DNA of 64,000 nt, from NCBI GenBank assembly GCA_044224875.1, contig JBGAJQ010000005.1:32001-96000 (forward strand). The letters are read 5' to 3'. Positions 58,416-64,000 of the stretch are shown here, piece after piece (the first letter of the stretch is position 1; the number at the start of each line of letters is the position of its first letter). The DNA comes from Gemmatimonadaceae bacterium (GTDB lineage: Bacteria > Gemmatimonadota > Gemmatimonadetes > Gemmatimonadales > Gemmatimonadaceae). The notes under the pieces were generated by a model, which was not told the origin of the DNA, did no database searches, and saw nothing but the letters and a program-made list of their open reading frames with translations. A program made the position numbers and the translations under genes.

Positions 58416-60926
58416 ATGGACCGCCGCTCGTTTCTTGTCACCAGCGCCCTAGCCACGACAGCCGGAGCCCTTCGTGTCGACGCTCCGCGCCGGCGCACCG
58501 AAAGCGTAGTCCGGTTGTCGTCGCTGCGCCCACGCCTCGTGAATCAGGGTTGGGGGTCGCTGCTCTACGACGTGAGCGTCGACGGGCGGCCCTTGCAGAT
58601 CGGCGACCGCACCTTTAGTCACGGCGTGAGTACACATGCGCGGAGCGATCTGGTGTACCTGACGGGCGGTCGGTACTCCCACTTTCGCGCGTGGGTGGGG
58701 GTCGATGCCACCAAGCAGCGCACGCCAGATGCAACAGCCGTGTTCCAGGTATTTGTGGACGGCGTACAGCGGTTCGATAGCGGTACCATGTCGCAGGAGA
58801 CGCCCGCCCGGTTGGTGGACCTGGACCTCGGCTCGGCGAACCACCTGCGCCTGATCGTGACCTACACCGGGACCTATTGTGACCATGTGAATTGGGCCGA
58901 CGCCGAATTGGTGCGAAATGATGCGGCAGAGCACGTTCCAGTGACGAGTGGACCGCGGCGTCGGTTGGCAAGTGCGGGACGCGTGTTTGAACTGGAAGGC
59001 TCGCGACTCATCGGATTCACGCATCGAGGAAAGCAGGTCGCGCTGACGGTGTGGGGTGGGCTGATGGCAGGAGCGGTGAACCGAAGCCCGACCGATGGCA
59101 CGGTCAGGTACGATCCCATCGCCGGGGGGGTGTCGTGGGGTTGGGCGTATGCCTCACGAGCATCTGCGTCGTGGACGTCACCGGTCGACACGGTGTTCCA
59201 TTGGCCGAACGCGCGAGCGCACGTGTGGCTGCCATGGGGCCATGGGTGGGAGTGGCAGGATCCGCTCGAGCCGCGCGCGTTCGCGGACAAGACGTACGAG
59301 TACGGCGCGTTCTTCAATCGCGAGGGCGGCCTCTCGCTGCCCATGGCCACCGTGCTGGATCACGAGGCCGGCGTTGGCGTGTCGTTCATTCAGAACCCGG
59401 GCGATGTGCTCATCGACATGCAGGTCACGACCACCGCGGCAGGCGAGATCCGGTTCTCTCGTGCATTTCACCGCTTCGGGGGTGGCGCCGCTCCCGTCAG
59501 GTTCCACGTCGACGTCATCGTCCACGAGCCTGATGTGCGCGCGGCCCTGCGCGCGATTGTGAGCACGTATCCGGCATACTTCAACGCACCGAACCCCTTG
59601 GCTCATGCCGTAGGGGGTGGCGGCGCCTACTCAGGATGGGAAGGCGAGCTACCCACCGAGACGTTGCACGCGATGGGATTCACGATGAACTGGAAAGCAT
59701 CGCTCGACTTTCCGTACATGGGACTCTTCTTGCCACCGGTTGGCGACGACGTCGAGTGGAATCGATTTGCCGGTGGCGGCGACGGTGTCCATGTTGCCAG
59801 TGACGAGGGGCGTTACGGCAAGACGACGATTCGGCACATGAACGAGTACTCCGTCGCGATGAAGCGGAACGGATTCCACGTGCTGAACTACTTCAACGTG
59901 ACCGAGTTCGGGACGAACATCGTGTATCCGCCGCCGGCGCCTAAGACCACGGCGGCCGATCGATGGCGAGATTCCAACGACCTCCTTCACGGCGAGTTGG
60001 AGAACGCGGTCTTGAAGACCCCGAATCCCATCTACACGTGGGGCAAGGGCCTGATCATGGATTGCGGCGAGGCCAACTATCGCGCGCTATTGCTCGATCA
60101 GGCGCGGAAGCACGTGGAGAAGCTGCCGGCGTCAGATGGCATCTGCATCGATCGGATGGATTGGCTCACGCGGTACAACCCGAACGCTGACGACGGGCAT
60201 ACGTGGATCGACGGACCGCAGCGGCATCTCCGCCGATCCTGGATGTCGCTGATGGACGAGCTGGGGCCGATCTTCCACAAGGCCGGAAAGGTGATCTTCG
60301 GCAACGACATGGACCGACGATTGGAGCTGATGACGCAGGTCGACGGGTTCTACGATGAGCACGGGCACTTCCCGTTCAACCTGAACACGAGTGCATTCCT
60401 GGCCCTGCGCAAGCCGCTCGTCTGCTGGACGCCCGACGACGACGCGCTTAGGCCGGACCCCGACCTCTACTTCCAGCGATTGCTGTACCTCGGTGCGTTC
60501 CCGACGATCCCCTACGCCGGCAACGATCACACGCTGGTCCCCAACGCGTTCAACGAACCGTTGTACTTGGCGTACGGTCCGCTGTTCAAGGCGATCATGG
60601 GACGCACGTGGGTCCTGCGTCCTGGAGTGGTTGCGGTTGACGGAGCTGCCAAGGCGAATGTGTTCGACGTACACGGGAGCACGGTGGTGTTCGTGGGACT
60701 CGCTGGCAGGCAAGAGCGCATCGCCATTACCCTGCGCCATCCTGGCACGTCGGGAACGGTTCTCCATCCCGGAACCTCGGCGCGACAGGAGCTCCGGGGC
60801 GCACGAACGGGCTCGACCGTCCGCTGGGACCTGCCGCTGGTTCGCGGTTGTGCGTTGCTGGTGATCCCGCACGCCCAGTCTCATGCGCTCGAGCCGCGCG
60901 ACGCGCTGAACACCACCGAAGGCTAG
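58416..60926 (+). CDS. Tat-exported NPCBM/NEW2-domain protein with putative glycoside hydrolase barrel
   Basis: GAGGA SD; MDRRSFL twin-arginine signal; QGWG...D.SVDG.PL.IG....HG..THA.S...F.A.VGVD...DHVNWADA; DGICID. Confidence 0.8.
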   Translation: MDRRSFLVTSALATTAGALRVDAPRRRTESVVRLSSLRPRLVNQGWGSLLYDVSVDGRPLQIGDRTFSHGVSTHARSDLVYLTGGRYSHFRAWVGVDATKQRTPDATAVFQVFVDGVQRFDSGTMSQETPARLVDLDLGSANHLRLIVTYTGTYCDHVNWADAELVRNDAAEHVPVTSGPRRRLASAGRVFELEGSRLIGFTHRGKQVALTVWGGLMAGAVNRSPTDGTVRYDPIAGGVSWGWAYASRASASWTSPVDTVFHWPNARAHVWLPWGHGWEWQDPLEPRAFADKTYEYGAFFNREGGLSLPMATVLDHEAGVGVSFIQNPGDVLIDMQVTTTAAGEIRFSRAFHRFGGGAAPVRFHVDVIVHEPDVRAALRAIVSTYPAYFNAPNPLAHAVGGGGAYSGWEGELPTETLHAMGFTMNWKASLDFPYMGLFLPPVGDDVEWNRFAGGGDGVHVASDEGRYGKTTIRHMNEYSVAMKRNGFHVLNYFNVTEFGTNIVYPPPAPKTTAADRWRDSNDLLHGELENAVLKTPNPIYTWGKGLIMDCGEANYRALLLDQARKHVEKLPASDGICIDRMDWLTRYNPNADDGHTWIDGPQRHLRRSWMSLMDELGPIFHKAGKVIFGNDMDRRLELMTQVDGFYDEHGHFPFNLNTSAFLALRKPLVCWTPDDDALRPDPDLYFQRLLYLGAFPTIPYAGNDHTLVPNAFNEPLYLAYGPLFKAIMGRTWVLRPGVVAVDGAAKANVFDVHGSTVVFVGLAGRQERIAITLRHPGTSGTVLHPGTSARQELRGARTGSTVRWDLPLVRGCALLVIPHAQSHALEPRDALNTTEG

Positions 60927-60949
60927 CTGTGCGAACCGGCGAGCACGCG

Positions 60950-61663
60950 GTGACCGACTCTGTGCGCCTCTCAGGAGACGCCGTACGGTCCGTCCCGTTG
61001 GTGTCAGCGCGGAGTGAGCGGGGCGCACTTGTGCAGAAGCTGCAACACGTCGTGCCGTCTGTCCTACTCCTCTTTGATGGGCTGCAGCGCTTCACCGCCG
61101 CAGAGGGGCAGACTGTTGGATCGATGTCTCTGGCGGCCATTGAAGTCGTAAGCAGTGCCTTGGTCATCGTCGGCTTCATTCGATCGGTGCGGCGACTTCG
61201 GCCGGGCATGCAGGCGACGGAACACTCGCCGCACGGCGTCGACTGGGTTGACGTGTTCCTTGGCGCGACGCTGTTGGCCGAGGCGCTCGTGCATCGGCAG
61301 GAGACGGGGCACCTGCCGCGCCCAACGTTGCTGCTGGCGGTCGCGCTCGCGACCATCGGTGTGCTCCACGGGCGAATCGCGGGTTGGGGGCGGCGTCGCA
61401 GGGAACTGCGGCTCAGTGCCGACGGCATCAGCATCTGGCAACGATGGCACGGCCGACTCCATGCCGCATGGTCGGAGATATCGAACATTGCGCTCTTGGG
61501 AGACGAGGCGCTCGTGACCACGCAGCAGGCAGGATCTCGCAGGATCAATCTGCGCGACCTGAGGAACCGCGCCGAGGTCGAACAGTTGCTGGAGGAGGCG
61601 CTCGCGCGGCTCGAGGCGTTTCGCCTAGCTGAACGCGAAACGTCACGCCCACTCGGACGTTAG
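60950..61663 (+). CDS. Hypothetical membrane protein
   Basis: About 4 hydrophobic segments followed by a soluble C-terminal domain. Confidence 0.7.
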   Translation: MTDSVRLSGDAVRSVPLVSARSERGALVQKLQHVVPSVLLLFDGLQRFTAAEGQTVGSMSLAAIEVVSSALVIVGFIRSVRRLRPGMQATEHSPHGVDWVDVFLGATLLAEALVHRQETGHLPRPTLLLAVALATIGVLHGRIAGWGRRRRELRLSADGISIWQRWHGRLHAAWSEISNIALLGDEALVTTQQAGSRRINLRDLRNRAEVEQLLEEALARLEAFRLAERETSRPLGR

Positions 61664-61697
61664 GCGGTACTCGCTACCCGCAGGCTGGAGGCAATCT

Positions 61698-62405
61698 CTG
61701 CGCAAACGTTCATGGTTCTTTAGTGGCATGGGCACCGTGGCGCTCTTCGCGGTTGTCGTTGGATTCGGCCGCACCTACGCGGCGCCCATGGTGCGCGGCA
61801 CCTTCACTGGGCCCAGAATCCTACACGTCCACGGTGCGTTGGCCTTCTCGTGGGTGGTGCTGTTCTGCATCCAGCCGCTCCTTGTACGGTGGCGCAAGAC
61901 TCGACTTCACCGGCGCCTAGGCCTTATCGGTTTGCCCCTGGCACTGGGCGTGGCCATCACCATGGTTCCCGCCGGCGTATTTCAAGTGACCCGTGATTCC
62001 GCGACCGGGGGGCCCGCGGCGATCTCGGCACTGCTCGGCGTGGTCACGTCCGGCGCCCTCTTCCTCGTCTTGGTCAGTGCAGGCATTATCGCGCGCCACG
62101 ATCGCGAGTCCCATTCCCGGTGGCTACTCCTTGCAACACTCGTGGTGATTTGGCCGGCGTGGTTCCGATTTCGCCACTGGTTTCCGTCCGTTCCACGTCC
62201 CGATGTGTGGTTCGGCGTCGTCCTGGCGTTTGCCTGGATCGTCATCGCCATGCTGCGAGACTGGAGGACTCGGGGAAACGTGCACCCAGTGCTCGCGTTC
62301 GGGGGCACGGCCGTTATCATCGAGCAGTCACTCGAGTTGCTGGCGTTCGACACACCGTGGTGGCGAGCGGCGGCGCATCTGCTCTACGGCTGGATTCACA
62401 GCTGA
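61698..62405 (+). CDS. Hypothetical polytopic membrane protein with His residues in TM helices (CTG start likely; first ATG at 61728)
   Basis: GF.RTY, LHVHG....SW..L..IQ..L, LHRRLG, H.RW.LLAT, VHP. Confidence 0.75.
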   Translation: MRKRSWFFSGMGTVALFAVVVGFGRTYAAPMVRGTFTGPRILHVHGALAFSWVVLFCIQPLLVRWRKTRLHRRLGLIGLPLALGVAITMVPAGVFQVTRDSATGGPAAISALLGVVTSGALFLVLVSAGIIARHDRESHSRWLLLATLVVIWPAWFRFRHWFPSVPRPDVWFGVVLAFAWIVIAMLRDWRTRGNVHPVLAFGGTAVIIEQSLELLAFDTPWWRAAAHLLYGWIHS

Positions 62406-62583
62406 CCAATCAGGGCGTGTTCGCGCAAGCTGCTCCATGTGGTAGCCGAACACGGAGCGCATGGGAAGGCTGGTGAGGTAACCAGCGTGGTAGCGCCCGA
62501 TTGGCCTTAGGCACCACGATCGCCCCAAGATCGGCGACACGACAATAGTCGCTTCCTGAGCCGGGAGTTACAATCAAGATCCC

Positions 62584-64000
62584 ATGGGTACCGATCCTCG
62601 CTTATCAGAGGCACGCCGAGCAATCGATACGGGCGACTGGCAGAGTGCCGTGGGCCTGTACGAAACCATGACCCGGGAGACGAACGCCCCGGAGGCCTGG
62701 GCTGGCCTCGCCGAAGCGGCGTGGCTGCAGCAGGACTCGCGCCTCATGATCGACGCGCGCCTGAACGCCTACCGCCTCTATCGCGAACAAGGCGACGACG
62801 TTGCGGCTGCCCGAATGGCGATCGCGCTCGGCAATGACTTCCTCGACTTTCGAGGCGACGCGGCGGTATCCAACGGCTGGTTCAAGTACGCACGGCGTCT
62901 CCTGAAACCCCTTCCTCCGTCAGCCGATCACGCCCGGCTGGAGGTGTGGGAAGCGCGCTTGGCGCTGATCGGTCGTCAGGACACGGCCGAGGGGGCGCGA
63001 CTGGCGGACGAGGCATTGCGACTGGCCCGCGAGATCGGTTGCCCAGACGTCGAGGTGCTGGCGACCGCCATGAGCGGGCTCGCACTCGTCATGAACGGAC
63101 AACCGGATCGAGGGCTCGCGCTGTTGGACGAGGCGGCCGCGGCAGCGTTAGGCGGTGACATCTCCGATCCGTACGCGGCGGGGCTCACCTGTTGCTACCT
63201 CATCAGCGCCTGCGATCGCGTACGCGACTACGACCGTGCGGCGCAGTGGTGCGCGCGCTTGCGAGAGTTTTCCACGCGGCAGCGCTTTGCCATTCTCATG
63301 ACGACGTGCCGGCTCCAGTACGGCAGTGTGCTCATTTCGCGGGGCGAATGGGCAGAGGCCGAGACGGAGCTACTGGCGGCGATCGCCGACCTGCGCGCCG
63401 CGCGTCCCATCGTGCTCCCGGCCGCCTACGCGCGACTGGGCGAGCTGCGCCGGCGTCAGGGCCGAGTCGACGAAGCGGTGCAGCTGTTTGAGCAGGCGGG
63501 CAGTCATCCGCTCGCGCTCCTCGGCGGCGCGTGGGTGGATGTTGAACAAGGCAATCTGGTGCGCGCGCTGGAGCGCGCGCGTGCGTACCTGCGTCGCTTT
63601 CCCGCGGATGCGCTACTGGAGCGTGCATCGGCGAACGAGTTGCTCATTCGCATTGCCGCGCAATCCGGGAAGCCGGCCGACGCCGAGATACCGCTCGGAG
63701 AGCTCGAGCAAGCACTCGCGAAGTATGACCTTCCGCTCCTTCGTGCCGCGCTGCTTACCGCTGAGGCAACGCTCGCCACATCCAAGGGCGACGAGTCACG
63801 TGCTGCCGAATTGATGGAAGATGCGGCAGCGATCTACGATCACGCGGGCTTAGTACACGAAGCTGAGACGGCGCGTCGCGAAATGCAGAAGGCGAAAGGC
63901 ACTGGCGGGCCGAGCGCACCCCTGACGCAGCGCGAGATGGAAGTGTTGGTCCTGGTGGCGAAGGGGATGAGCGAGCGCGAGGTCGCGGACAAGCTGTACA
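62584..64000 (+). CDS. LuxR-family regulator with N-terminal TPR-like region (3' end outside the window)
   Basis: Open frame from MGTDPRL to the window end; terminal PLTQREMEVLVLVAKGMSEREVADKLY LuxR HTH; absent from the ORF track because it has no stop. Confidence 0.88.
   Translation, partial: MGTDPRLSEARRAIDTGDWQSAVGLYETMTRETNAPEAWAGLAEAAWLQQDSRLMIDARLNAYRLYREQGDDVAAARMAIALGNDFLDFRGDAAVSNGWFKYARRLLKPLPPSADHARLEVWEARLALIGRQDTAEGARLADEALRLAREIGCPDVEVLATAMSGLALVMNGQPDRGLALLDEAAAAALGGDISDPYAAGLTCCYLISACDRVRDYDRAAQWCARLREFSTRQRFAILMTTCRLQYGSVLISRGEWAEAETELLAAIADLRAARPIVLPAAYARLGELRRRQGRVDEAVQLFEQAGSHPLALLGGAWVDVEQGNLVRALERARAYLRRFPADALLERASANELLIRIAAQSGKPADAEIPLGELEQALAKYDLPLLRAALLTAEATLATSKGDESRAAELMEDAAAIYDHAGLVHEAETARREMQKAKGTGGPSAPLTQREMEVLVLVAKGMSEREVADKLY

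Larger units (their letters stand above)
980..63152. repeat. Dispersed over-represented heptamer CGTTAGG/CCTAACG
   Basis: 35 copies counted by eye (25 on +, 10 on -); positions given in findings. Confidence 0.8.

Noticed and set aside
980..63152. TTAGG(C) as a telomere-like repeat or CRISPR repeat
   Set aside because: Copies are single, dispersed and mostly inside genes; no tandem or repeat-spacer array and no cas genes.
1..64000. Hundreds of overlapping or antisense ORFs in the track (e.g. 11252..12577, 14577..15737, 23853..25310, 40530..41705)
   Set aside because: Arg/Pro/Ala-rich shadow frames of real genes, expected in high-GC DNA; no motifs.

Overview
High-GC bacterial chromosome segment. 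Gene content and protein style suggest Gemmatimonadota (inference, not searched). About 1-32.7 kb is mostly core genome: comM/yifB (partial), larE, thpR, an NtrC/NtrX-type regulator, an aldehyde dehydrogenase, lepB, a sigma-70 factor, yajQ, rimO, SpoIID/LytB, Gfo/Idh/MocA, DUF4105/Lnb, hydantoinase/oxoprolinase A+B, an MBL hydrolase, Crp, and rpmE-prfA-prmC-YlbF-tmk-S41 peptidase. About 33-64 kb is more accessory: a VPS10/BNR protein, lutABC, a CheR-like methyltransferase, orphans and gene remnants (39-44 kb), an amidohydrolase, an S9 peptidase, an MFS transporter, a Ser/Thr kinase + ECF sigma pair, a HAF-repeat protein, a large LGFP-like orphan, a Tat-exported NPCBM glycosidase-like protein and a partial LuxR-TPR regulator. 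I found no rRNA, tRNA, CRISPR array, integrase or transposase. Best candidates for new biology: (1) a minus-strand cassette of a lipoprotein ending HF|SGYNVVAF, an unannotated 23-aa peptide gene ending AGFLVISA in the same register, and a 1589-aa TPR/HD-GYP/GGDEF/AAA/TPR protein, which may form a peptide/autoproteolysis-linked c-di-GMP signalling system; (2) an over-represented non-palindromic DNA word CGTTAGG(C), with 35 copies counted by eye; (3) probable CTG start codons, including for prfA. All product calls come from motif recognition only.
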